Translations under genes and position numbers: made by a program | Notes under the pieces: generated by a model | Seen by the model: the letters and a program-made list of their open reading frames with translations, nothing else | Databases searched by the model: none | Told to the model about the DNA's origin: nothing | IMG/VR virus record: IMGVR_UViG_3300045988_126140 | Coordinates: 64,001 to 128,000 of that record | DNA from: a virus | DNA length: 64,000 nucleotides | Strand: one strand, 5' to 3' | Shown: piece by piece, positions 19,105 through 28,994 of the stretch | Layout: each line of letters begins with the position of its first letter | Numbering within the stretch: position 1 is the first letter of the stretch

Positions 19105-19501
19105 CATAAGGTCGTTACTCTTATACCGTTCTCTAAGGAACTGCTCATGCTTTCACATGAGAGGAGACTATTTCTTCACCCTATATTTATAGGGGCAACC
19201 CACTTCCGCCCACTTGGGTGTACGAACTTGCGTTCTAGTCGTTGGAGTTTTTCCTCGTTATATTATAAATTTATTTATAACAGGGGAACTTACCTGCATG
19301 AACAGGGATTGTAATGAATTTAATCATCTAGTGTTTAGGATTTAACCATGCACCATCTCTACGTTTTTTCTACTTTCGTGCCGTTACGTTTTAGTTTTCA
19401 CTATCCGCTTTGGTGTAGAGCTTTACCCATTACCTGCAATTCAAGTTGTGTCCTATACCGATTGCTCGATATACGAGGCGTTAAGCTACGTTTAGCTCGT
19501 T
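19105..19501 (-). ncRNA. group I intron, family A, in the major capsid gene (boundaries +/- about 8 nt)
   Basis: R is CCAACGACUAG. The covarying GNRA hairpin is GAAC-GCAA-GUUC. S-like is GAAGAAAUAGUCUCC. The 3' tail CGACCUUAUGCGAAGAU is nearly identical to that of the 3015..3362 intron. The 5' exon AGGU can pair with GCCU. Track ORF 19348..19638 (+) is an intron shadow. Confidence 0.7.
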
Positions 19502-20374
19502 ACCTTCATATCCTAATTTTACAATTGACTCACCGGCTGGTAGTAAAATCAAGTATTTATCTTCTATATCAAATTTACCTACTTCTTTATCATAATAGTT
19601 TGGTAATGGAACTAATGGAGTACCTTCAAATACTCTAGTGTAACCATAATTTCTTCTATCATCTTTTTCTGCGTCAGATAAGAAAGTAGCATCACTTTTT
19701 ACATGAGCTAATGCTGATTTAGTACCTAATATTTGTACTTCTGCACCTGTATGGTCAGAAACTTTAGCTATCATTTCTCTTAATGTTTCTGCTAAAGCAG
19801 TATCATTAGAGGCTTTGCATAAATTTGGATTTCCAGAAGCATCATAAGCTCCGTATAAAGTTTTAGTTACTAAAGTACATATTTTTTTATCAAAAGATTT
19901 AGAAACTCTTTCTACGAATAATGTCCAATCTATAGCACCTTTTAAGAAATCGAACATTTCTGCATAGATTTTGATACCTAGTCTAAAACCTTTAGTATCA
20001 ACTTTTCTATCAAAAATTCTTTGTCTATGAACAGTTTTGACACCAGTAGCCATTAAACTAACTTTAAATAATTCATCATTTTGTACTAAATATTCTTTTT
20101 TATCACCTAAATCAAATGTTTCAACATCAACTAAATCTCCATAAGATTCCATAGTTATTTCATTATGTGTTACTGTTATTAATTCTTCTAATAACTCAAA
20201 TACAATAGTACCATTTCTATCTAACCATCTTTTATATTTAGATTTCTTTTCTGGTAATGGTTCTACTTTTTCAAATATCATATTTCTGATTATATCAGAT
20301 GCTTCCTTTTTAGAATAATTACATACTCCATTATGTAAATCTACTATCATTTGTCTAACATCGTTATCTATCAT
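19502..20374 (-). CDS. major capsid protein, exon 1
   Basis: This is track ORF 19481..20374 trimmed. It follows the scaffold gene and is about 340 aa after splicing. Capsid assignment rests on position and size. Confidence 0.6.
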
Positions 20375-20415
20375 TATTTATAACCTCCTAATTTTATTAA
20401 TTGTTTTTCTTGATT

Positions 20416-20925
20416 TTAATAGAATAATATTTTAACCATATCTCTACCTTGTACTGTAAGTACCTCTACAACTTCACCAACTATTCTTTTAGCTCCTGTT
20501 TCACCAACATCTGGAGCAGTGTATTTTTTAAGATTATGTGAACTAGCTTTAACAGTTAATTGGTCTCCTACGGCAACAGTTTCGTCTATAAGTGTTTTTT
20601 CTATAGTGACAACCATTCCTTTATGTAAGAAATAACCTCTCACAGGGTTTCCTGCTTCTGTATCTGGATAATCTCCATGATTCCACATATCTCTTTTTTC
20701 ATATCTATGACCGTCAGATGCTACCATAGCTAATATTTTATTAGCGTCATCTTCTAAATCAGTTACTTTGTAACATTCACCTTCTGCTCCTATATCAGAT
20801 ACTTTAGCTAAAGTATTATCAGCAAGTCCTTTTACTAATACTACTTCTCCATTTTTTAATGCTTCATCTTCGCATATTATTGATTTGGCAAAATTATCTT
20901 CTACATAATTTAATATTTGTATCAT
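20416..20925 (-). CDS. hypothetical head-module protein
   Basis: A 169-aa ORF between the scaffold and capsid genes. Confidence 0.6.
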   Translation of the reverse strand: MIQILNYVEDNFAKSIICEDEALKNGEVVLVKGLADNTLAKVSDIGAEGECYKVTDLEDDANKILAMVASDGHRYEKRDMWNHGDYPDTEAGNPVRGYFLHKGMVVTIEKTLIDETVAVGDQLTVKASSHNLKKYTAPDVGETGAKRIVGEVVEVLTVQGRDMVKILFY

Positions 20926-20950
20926 TATTTATACCTCCTAATTTTGTTAA

Positions 20951-22225
20951 TTATTTTTTGTTTTTCCATTTTTCCAATCTACCACCGTAAGGTGCATTAG
21001 AATCCGTAAATTCTTCATTTGGATTTATTATACCTACTGAATTAGCTTTTCCATGTTTAGTTTTACTAAATGATTGAGCTTCTTTAACTTGTTTAGCCCA
21101 CATTATAGCTAATTTTCCTTCATATTCTTCTTTAGATATTTCATGTTTTAATACTGTGTCTTGAAGTACTTTAGCATCTTCTGTATCTAAAGAATATTTT
21201 TCAGTTATAGAATCAATTTCTAATTTAAATTGTTTAGCATCGCTATCAGCTTTAAATTGTTTTAATTCTTCATAATCACTCATGTTTTCTAATTGAGTTT
21301 TTAATTCTTCATATTCAACTTTTAATTGGTCAAAAGCAGTTTTTAATTGTGCATATTTTTCATCTTCTGTGTTATCTTCAACAGAATGATTTTCCTTATC
21401 TTTATCTTCTTCCTCTTCTGAACAATCTTCTTTCTTTTCTTCAGAATTATCTTGAGAACATTCTTCTTTTTGTTCTTCTTCATCTGGAGTGAAATCTTCT
21501 TGTTGAGTTTCCTCTTGATTTTCAAATTCTTCAGTTTCTTGAACTTCTTGATTTTCAAACTCTTTGTCCATTGTTTCACCTCCCTTTTCTAAAGAATAAA
21601 TTTTCTTCATTTTTTCTAATTCAGTTTTAACATCTCCACAAGTGAACAGAGATAAGTTAGCTCCTGCCATAGCAGGTTTAACACCTACACCAAGCATTGT
21701 TATACCTAAAAAAGTAAAATCAGTTATTTCAAAGAATCCATCTTCTCTAAAGCTGAAATCGTCAACATTTATTTCCATAGATACTTCTAATACACCATCG
21801 TTAGAATCTAATATATCAAGTAATTGTTGGGAATACTCCCTCCATATTAATGCTGTGCAAGATAAATATTTCTTACCGTCTTTTTCTACTTGTGTAATTA
21901 TAGTATCTTCTGGAACAAATCCATAAGCTTTTTCAAGGTATATTAATTGATAGTCATAACCATCTGGAGTATCAGTAGCCTCCATTTTAGTATCATGTCC
22001 ACCTAAAACCCATTTGTCATCTTCATTTTTATAAACATGAGCTAATAAGGGTATGCCTCTAATACTTTTTTCAGCACATTTCATTTGTGTTTCTGAATCA
22101 AACCAAGAACCATTTAAATTATCTTGGTCGTGGCATGCAAGTATTCTACAGGGAACGAATCTACTATCACTTGAAGATTTAAAAACTTCCATTTCACTAT
22201 ATAATTTTAAATGTTTATTTCCCAA
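20951..22225 (-). CDS. scaffolding-type head assembly protein
   Basis: A 424-aa ORF. It has a central, extremely acidic low-complexity stretch (EEFENQEETQQEDFTPDEEEQKEE...) and a coiled-coil C-terminal half. It lies upstream of the capsid gene. Confidence 0.5.
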   Translation of the reverse strand: MGNKHLKLYSEMEVFKSSSDSRFVPCRILACHDQDNLNGSWFDSETQMKCAEKSIRGIPLLAHVYKNEDDKWVLGGHDTKMEATDTPDGYDYQLIYLEKAYGFVPEDTIITQVEKDGKKYLSCTALIWREYSQQLLDILDSNDGVLEVSMEINVDDFSFREDGFFEITDFTFLGITMLGVGVKPAMAGANLSLFTCGDVKTELEKMKKIYSLEKGGETMDKEFENQEVQETEEFENQEETQQEDFTPDEEEQKEECSQDNSEEKKEDCSEEEEDKDKENHSVEDNTEDEKYAQLKTAFDQLKVEYEELKTQLENMSDYEELKQFKADSDAKQFKLEIDSITEKYSLDTEDAKVLQDTVLKHEISKEEYEGKLAIMWAKQVKEAQSFSKTKHGKANSVGIINPNEEFTDSNAPYGGRLEKWKNKK

Positions 22226-22249
22226 TTCTAATTCACACCCCCTTTCTTC

Positions 22250-22435
22250 TTAGAAAAATAATTTATTAGAAAACATGAATTTTCTTTTATCTTCATTACT
22301 GAATTTAACTTTAGTACTATTAAGAAAAATATAAACAGTTTTATTATCTATAATACCTTCAGATAAAAACACTAATCCTCGATTTAAAAGTTCATGTTTA
22401 TCTTCTTCATTAAATGCATATATGAATTTATTCAT
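22250..22435 (-). CDS. hypothetical protein
   Basis: A 61-aa ORF in the operon. Confidence 0.45.
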   Translation of the reverse strand: MNKFIYAFNEEDKHELLNRGLVFLSEGIIDNKTVYIFLNSTKVKFSNEDKRKFMFSNKLFF

Positions 22436-22445
22436 AATATATCAC

Positions 22446-23297
22446 CTACTCATTTATATATAAAAATCCCTCACCTTGAAGTTTTGAACTTATGCCCAAG
22501 TCTTTAGTATGCTTAATAAGTCTTGCATACAACTCTTCTTCTGAAGGAATTCTACCATATTTATTTATAAATTTTTCTCTTAATAATAATGATGCTCCTG
22601 TAACTATAGGTGCTGACATTGAAGTTCCACTGCTCTTACACCATTTATTATCGAAGTATACAGATACAATATCTGTTCCAACAGCTACTATATCCACCCA
22701 TTCGTTACTATTACTATATCTAGCAATAGATAAATCTTGATTTACTGCACCAACGTTTACACATTCTTGATAACTAGCAGGATATCCATATTCATCTGTA
22801 TTTGCATTTTCATCACCGTCATTACCTGCTGAAGTAACAACAAGAATACCACGTGTATTAGCTTCTTTTACTAATTCATGTAATTCTTCATCACTTTTGG
22901 TGCTTCCTAAACTCATAGATATTACATGAACATTTTGTTCTAAGGCATATTTAAAAGCATTTATAATACTTTTCATATCACCTTCACCTTTAGAGTTTAG
23001 TGCTTTAGCAACTACTACTTCACACTCTGGTGCTATTTGTATTACCTCACCTATACAGAAACTACCATGATTATTTTTATCAGTATAATCTTCTGAAGTT
23101 CCTTCATTTGTAAAATTTTTGCCTGCTACAATATTATTAACTATAAATGAATGAGAATGTGAACCTGTATCAATAATACAAACTCTTTGTCCTTTTCCGT
23201 TATATCCTTGTTCATGTAAAACTTGTATATTAGAAAGTTGTATTCCTTTACATATATAATTCTCATAAGGATTTGTTGATAAAATATTATAATCCAT
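22446..23297 (-). CDS. subtilisin-like serine protease (S8 family)
   Basis: The catalytic triad motifs appear in order: VCIIDTGSHSH (Asp), NNHGSFCIGEV (His) and SGTSMSAPIVTGA (Ser). Confidence 0.85.
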   Translation of the reverse strand: MDYNILSTNPYENYICKGIQLSNIQVLHEQGYNGKGQRVCIIDTGSHSHSFIVNNIVAGKNFTNEGTSEDYTDKNNHGSFCIGEVIQIAPECEVVVAKALNSKGEGDMKSIINAFKYALEQNVHVISMSLGSTKSDEELHELVKEANTRGILVVTSAGNDGDENANTDEYGYPASYQECVNVGAVNQDLSIARYSNSNEWVDIVAVGTDIVSVYFDNKWCKSSGTSMSAPIVTGASLLLREKFINKYGRIPSEEELYARLIKHTKDLGISSKLQGEGFLYINE

Positions 23298-23317
23298 TAT
23301 ATCACCTCCTTATTTTT

Positions 23318-24784
23318 TTAATAATCACCTGCGTTATCCGCTTCTGGCGCTCTATTCGGGTCACCAGACTCCTCTGATGTACTCGGTCTACCACCTGTAT
23401 TTTCAATATCTGCTCCCGACATTGTATGCGAATTAGCTAACGGACTCATAAGAGTTCCAAAATCTAATATACTTTCTATTTGAAGTATATTTAACGCTTC
23501 TAATGGTGAATATCCACATATTCCTAAATGTTCTAGCTTGCTTGTCCACGTTGTTAATCTATTGCAACTAGATTGAATTTTTTCCTCTTTATTAAATTTG
23601 GTTGTATCACAGAAATATAATTGAAAATTTTTTAATGATGAATTTTTACTAAAAACATAATTTAACCATATTTTGATTCTATCTAATAAATTCAATGGTA
23701 CTAAACTATCTACAATTGTCCCATAGATTACAGATTGAGTGCTACTTCTATTATCTCCATTAAATAAATTACTATCTATACCAGCTGTATCATATACATT
23801 TTTAGTTAAATTGTTTATTTCCTCATAATCAGAAACTTTATTAGTTTGTAATGAAACAGAATCTATTGGGTAAGGTGAACTTACAACTCCTATACCATCT
23901 CTGACATTTTTAACTAATGCTCTATGATAAAACGTTGCTGTTTCTGGCTCTATACTTAAATCACCGTCATCATCTGTAGGCAATAGTTGGTGAATTAATT
24001 TGAAGTTATTAGCTTCAATATTTTCCATACTAGCATCTGCTAAATCTTTTATCCTACTTAAATCTAAAAGCAATCCAGAATAATATGGAATACCTTTACT
24101 TTCTATTACTTCTGGAAGAAAAGCTATTGCATTTTCAAGTGGTAACATGTAATAGTTGTCTATGAAATTTTCATCATTTTTCAATTTACCTGCTTTATAA
24201 TCAGCGTATAAATTTTGAATATCTATTGGGTAATATCCTAATTGTTTAGTATTAATACCACTAAGTTTTATACTATAACCTAACATAAAAGATTCGGTAT
24301 AAGTAACTTTGCATAAATCTTCTGGTAAAGAAACAAATGTAATATTATCACTTGTTTCTTGTTTATATAAATATATTTCTCCTTTTCTAAATTCGCTTTC
24401 TAAAATCCAGGGACAAAGAGTTTTTAAATTATATTTTTCTAACTCTAAACAGGCTTTTCTGTAAGATTTAAAAAAGTTATCTTGTCCTTTAGTTATAAAT
24501 TTACTCGCATCTAATGGGACTAAATAATGGTCGTAAGTTAATAAATTCGATTTATAATTTATTATTTCTTTTAAATTACCATTAATAACCCTCATTAATT
24601 CAGATTGTTGTTGTAGTGTAGTAACATTAGAATAAGGATTTTCTAAGGCACTAGCTATTGTATCCGTATCAACTTTACTTCTCTTTCTACTACTAGCTAC
24701 CTTATCTATACTATTTATATCAATCATAGAAGATTTCTGTGCAAATTCTAAATTATTCTTTCTATTATCTTTCCCTTCGTTCAA
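23318..24784 (-). CDS. portal protein, putative
   Basis: A 488-aa ORF directly downstream of the large terminase, with an acidic C-terminal tail. Assigned by position and size. Confidence 0.55.
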   Translation of the reverse strand: MNEGKDNRKNNLEFAQKSSMIDINSIDKVASSRKRSKVDTDTIASALENPYSNVTTLQQQSELMRVINGNLKEIINYKSNLLTYDHYLVPLDASKFITKGQDNFFKSYRKACLELEKYNLKTLCPWILESEFRKGEIYLYKQETSDNITFVSLPEDLCKVTYTESFMLGYSIKLSGINTKQLGYYPIDIQNLYADYKAGKLKNDENFIDNYYMLPLENAIAFLPEVIESKGIPYYSGLLLDLSRIKDLADASMENIEANNFKLIHQLLPTDDDGDLSIEPETATFYHRALVKNVRDGIGVVSSPYPIDSVSLQTNKVSDYEEINNLTKNVYDTAGIDSNLFNGDNRSSTQSVIYGTIVDSLVPLNLLDRIKIWLNYVFSKNSSLKNFQLYFCDTTKFNKEEKIQSSCNRLTTWTSKLEHLGICGYSPLEALNILQIESILDFGTLMSPLANSHTMSGADIENTGGRPSTSEESGDPNRAPEADNAGDY

Positions 24785-24801
24785 ACATTTTCACCACCTT
24801 T

Positions 24802-25921
24802 TTAATTAGCCAAGAAAATATGTCTCTTTTTCTTATTCCTATTTTTCTTTCTTATATCTCTTTCTATCAATTCTGCTAAATAATTACCATAAGTAATAGA
24901 AGAATATCTATCCTTACGATTTCTTCCTTTTTCTTTAAGAACTATATCACCATTCCCCATAGTTTCATAATCTAAGTTTATTGATTCAAATATAAAATTA
25001 GATGTTTGAATAAATGGTGCTATTTTATTAGCATGATATTCTGCGTCTTGATGATATTTTAAGTCTTTACTAAAATCTCCTCTTTTTTCATTTTCTTCTA
25101 TTAATAATCTTATTTTTTTACTACTAAAAGCATTTTTAAGATATACTGCACAATCATTATTTATTTTTTGATTCCCTTTAATTACATATATACAATTTAT
25201 ACCATTTTTTAAAGGTTGAAAATCTTTTGATTGCGTACTCATATCATAAATACCAAAAGGTTCGTAATGTTCATCAATATTTTCGTCATAAGATGATTTT
25301 TCCATCTCTTGTATTACTGCTATACCTAAACCACCACCATCTATAATGATTTTATCAGCTTTAAATTCTGTATATAATCTCTTAATTCTAGTGGCTTGTT
25401 TTTCAAATTTCATACCATTATGTGATTCCATATAAACAACTTCTCTAATAATATTATTTCCACTAGGAAGTAATCTCCATAAAGTAAAAATAGAGTTATC
25501 ATTTTTATTTGATTTGTTAGCTTTTGCCGTTGCTACGTCAACTGAAATTATTCTTATTTCATCTTTCTTTTTAGGCATTCGTTTTAATTTTTCTTTCTTT
25601 TTATCTGGATTCCTATAATCGTCGTCCGTTAATGGATAATAACAATTCTTTAAAACTCTTGCATTCAACATATCTGCTGTATTAAAGAAACAATCTCCAC
25701 TTTGTCCATGCCATATAGCACCATATTCCATATTAAATACAAATTCACCCATATCCTCTTTATCTTCTTCAATCTTATCTTTTAAGACAAGTTTATGGTC
25801 TAAAGATGCCAAATAAGGAATTGCACAAGCAAATGCTTTTCCATTTTCAAACATTCTATTAAATATGGTTGTGAATTTTTCATAACTCCAGTGAACTTTT
25901 AACCACGCACTAGAAAGATAT
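24802..25921 (-). CDS. terL: terminase large subunit, exon 2 (nuclease half)
   Basis: This is track ORF 24802..25854 extended upstream to the inferred 3' splice site. The joined sequence reads ...PLESNMEI|YLSSAWLKVHWSYEKF.... Confidence 0.7.
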
Positions 25922-26175
25922 CAATTTGTTATTAACTATAGGTTTTTTATCCTATACTCTGGAGGTTTCCCTCATTTTCATCGGTTAGTCAATTCTAACC
26001 CAGTTTAGCATATATTTTCATTCTCTAAATTCTGTATAATGAATGTAGGATACTCTTGGGATACTAATTTTAGTATGTAAAATAATTACGGCATTATATT
26101 CTGTGGAGGGTAATTATCCCTCAAACAGTTTCAGCCCCTATGCGTTACAATACTTATAGTTTTTAAACATATAAG

Positions 26176-27156
26176 TTATCTCGGTATTAGCTTATTTATA
26201 AAATAATCATTTAAAGTTTTAATTGTATTTTCATAATAAGGTATTCTTAACATATTTATATTATTACTTTTACAATAATTATTTTTAATTCCATCTTTAA
26301 TTATTTGGATTTTAAATCCTTCTTCTCCTCCAAATAATTCTACTGGCATAAAATGTTGTCTACCATCGTATTCAACAACTAAATTATAATTAGGAATATA
26401 AAAATCAAATCTTAGTACATCATTATATTTACAATCATTGAATATGTATTCTCTTTCAAATCCAATATTTTTACTTAATAAATATTCCAGAATTTCTTGT
26501 TCCCCTTTGCTAATTGTAGCTTTTGACATTTTGTCATATCCTTTTCTAGCCATACATTTGGGGCAAATTATTTCAATATTGTTTTTAATTTTATCTTTAA
26601 TGTGATAAAAATTTTGCTCATATTCTTTTCCACATTTACATTTTAATTTTAATTTTTCGCCTGGAATATATTCAGTAGACAATAATTCACTTTCACCAGT
26701 ACTTTCACATATAAGTTTTACGTCATGGAAACTACAATAATGTCCATTATTGTTTTCTATATTTCTTTGTTTTCTTATTTTTTCAGCACATTTAGGACAA
26801 GTTTTTGTTTTACTTTTTTTAAATAATTCCCATGTTGTTTCATAAGTTTCACCACACGTTCCACATTTAACTAATAGTGAAGTATATACATTTTTATATT
26901 CAGTTGAAAGTAATTTATTACCATAAGATTCAATTTCACTTCTAACTTTATCTATACTCACTTTGTTATTAGAACAAGTTTGACAATAATATCTTTTTTT
27001 ATTTTTAAAATCTTGAAAACTTCTTTCAAATACATCTCCACATTTACAACGAATTTTCAATTTTTGTTTGTTATTAATATACTCTTTAGTTAATAAGGTA
27101 CAACCTTTTGATTCTATATATTCCTTAACTTTATCATAATCATATCTAACTCCCAT
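26176..27156 (-). CDS. intron-encoded nuclease: three zinc-ribbon repeats plus a PD-(D/E)xK (Vsr/DUF559-like) C-terminal domain
   Basis: Three repeats of Y..x..L.(I/V)(K/R)C.CG..(F/Y)E....F.....C..C are present. The C-terminus reads RFDFYIPNYNLVVEYDGRQHF. The ORF lies wholly inside the intron. Confidence 0.6.
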   Translation of the reverse strand: MGVRYDYDKVKEYIESKGCTLLTKEYINNKQKLKIRCKCGDVFERSFQDFKNKKRYYCQTCSNNKVSIDKVRSEIESYGNKLLSTEYKNVYTSLLVKCGTCGETYETTWELFKKSKTKTCPKCAEKIRKQRNIENNNGHYCSFHDVKLICESTGESELLSTEYIPGEKLKLKCKCGKEYEQNFYHIKDKIKNNIEIICPKCMARKGYDKMSKATISKGEQEILEYLLSKNIGFEREYIFNDCKYNDVLRFDFYIPNYNLVVEYDGRQHFMPVELFGGEEGFKIQIIKDGIKNNYCKSNNINMLRIPYYENTIKTLNDYFINKLIPR

Positions 27157-27180
27157 AAATTCACCCCCTTTTTTATATTA

Positions 27181-27220
27181 TTGTATTAACATAACTCAAT
27201 GATTAATTACTTATAAATTA
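27181..27220 (-). promoter_or_regulatory. class II bipartite promoter-like motif (TAAGTAAT-N15-GTTAATA) inside the terL intron
   Basis: On the minus strand: TAATTTATAAGTAATTAATCATTGAGTTATGTTAATACAA, about 25 nt upstream of the RBS of the intron ORF. Confidence 0.5.
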
Positions 27221-27337
27221 TTAATTATTTTATAAACTTAGCCTTTCTTACCATGTATATCACTATACATTTGACCGATTTTACCCTATTTTAAATATAA
27301 GCACTTATACTTTACTTATATTGAGACATATCTTTTT

Positions 27338-27978
27338 ATCTCCATATTTGATTCTAATGGATAATCTTTATATTCGGGTTTTTCTAAAAACGGAGGTTTT
27401 CTTGGATTTGTTAAGAATTGTTTTAAAACTGAATTTATTACATCTAATTTGATAAGCCTAAATTCATCTGCAACCAATACATTCCCTCTCAAGCCTCTCG
27501 CTCCATCATTAGAAGCTATAGCTGTTATTACAGAACCATTTTTAAATATACATTTAACATTATCTTTATTATTTTGAACTTTTTTAATTTCTTTTGCTAA
27601 CGCAGGGTAATCCCTTCGTAAATCTTCAATCTTTTCGGTTATAATTAATCCTGCCTGGTCTTTGTTACCAGATGCAACTATTATTTTAGAACCTGGATAT
27701 AATATTGCTCTACAACATACAAATATCGCAGTTAGAAATGACTTACCGAGACCACGTGACGCAATAAAGCAGAAACTTGTGCATATATTCATCATATAAA
27801 GTAATATTTGTTGAAACAAATATAAATTAATTCCTAACCAATCCATACAAAATCTATGTGGATTTTTTCTAAAATATTCTGTCCATATTTTTACACCATC
27901 TAATAAATTTTCATATGAATCTTTTTTTAAGTTTTTTCTTTGTTTGCATTTTAATCTATTCTCCATATCCTTTTTCAT
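27338..27978 (-). CDS. terL: terminase large subunit, exon 1 (ATPase half; start uncertain, 27978 or 27966)
   Basis: Walker A-like SRGLGKSF and Walker B VLVADEF are present. The layout LGINLYLFQQILL... is typical of TerL N-termini. Confidence 0.75.
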
Positions 27979-28801
27979 CCTCCTCTGTATAAGGAGTTGA
28001 ATCATTATTTATTAACTTTTTAATAGGATTTAAGAAGTAACGATTTAACCACCATTTAATTCTATCCACATCATCGTATTCTTGGTGGACATCTGGAATA
28101 GGTTCATTTTTTTCTACTTTAGCAATTAATGTACCATAACTTAAATTATCGTCTTCACCATATTTGCTCATTTTAGATGGTAAAACATTTAGTTCTTCCA
28201 TACGTTTAGAAATTTGATTAGTTAAGTTTTCAAATGCTTTTTGGTCATTCTTAACTATAGCTCTTTCTCTTAAAACTTCTAACATACATATTGTTTTAAT
28301 TAAATTAACTTCTTGAATGGCTTTAGACGGATAATTATCTGTGTATTGTTCATATTTTCTTTGGAGTAATTCATACTCATCATCTTGAAATCCCTTACCC
28401 CAAAAGTTAACAATCTCACTTGAAGTAACTGTCTCTCCAGTAATAATATTAGTTACACCATCATAAGTAAGCATATTATCTAAAGATGTTAACCCTTTAA
28501 ATGCTTTATCTCTATTCATTATTCTAGTATAATTACCTAAAAAATTATTGCCATATTTCTCAACACATTTTAGATATGTTTCTTCGTCATAATACATATC
28601 TAAAACCATACATAAATGTATAAATGCTAATCTACGGTCGTTGTTATAATTTTTTAATAACTTTTTAAAATATTTATCAACTACTTCTTTACTCATGGGT
28701 AATTTCTTATCATGCTCATAAAGCATTGATTGTGTAGAGTAGAAATCTCTAACGGTAGGTTTAAATTTACCTGTAGCTGAACATTGTTTTGTGTCTGCCA
28801 T
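27956..28801 (-). CDS. terminase small subunit, putative
   Basis: A 281-aa ORF immediately upstream of terL and overlapping it. Assigned by position only. Confidence 0.45.
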   Translation of the reverse strand: MADTKQCSATGKFKPTVRDFYSTQSMLYEHDKKLPMSKEVVDKYFKKLLKNYNNDRRLAFIHLCMVLDMYYDEETYLKCVEKYGNNFLGNYTRIMNRDKAFKGLTSLDNMLTYDGVTNIITGETVTSSEIVNFWGKGFQDDEYELLQRKYEQYTDNYPSKAIQEVNLIKTICMLEVLRERAIVKNDQKAFENLTNQISKRMEELNVLPSKMSKYGEDDNLSYGTLIAKVEKNEPIPDVHQEYDDVDRIKWWLNRYFLNPIKKLINNDSTPYTEEDEKGYGE

Positions 28802-28956
28802 TATATCACTCTCCTTTAAAATGAAAAAAAATGGTTACGACTAATGGAAGGAGTTTTTAGCCGTAACCTAAAGGGGAGAATTTATTATGAATTTTGAGCC
28901 TTATTTTAAAGACTCAAAAAATACTGATATAATTATCAATATCATTTCAATCCTTA

Positions 28957-28989
28957 AAATAAAAATACCACTCTTATTCGAGTGGTTTA
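28957..28989 (-). terminator. intrinsic terminator
   Basis: On the minus strand: ACCACTCGAATAAGAGTGGT followed by ATTTTTATTTT. Confidence 0.7.
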
Positions 28990-28994
28990 ATTAA

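Larger units (their letters stand above)
25922..27337 (-). mobile_element. group I-like intron, family B, in terL, carrying a homing-endonuclease-type ORF
   Basis: The 5' exon GAGAU pairs with GUCUC 10 nt downstream (P1 with a U-G). There is a GNRA hairpin AUGUAUA-GUGA-UAUACAU. The intron ends ...AACAAAUUG. Both flanks are collinear with the ORF-less intron 5279..5609. The ORF sits in the loop that is only about 20 nt long in that intron. Confidence 0.65.

Noticed and set aside
21343-21579. Minus-strand ORF 21343..21579 (Lys-rich)
   Set aside because: It is an alternative frame of the acidic low-complexity repeat inside the scaffold gene. A GAA/GAT-rich tract reads as AAG/AAA in another frame.
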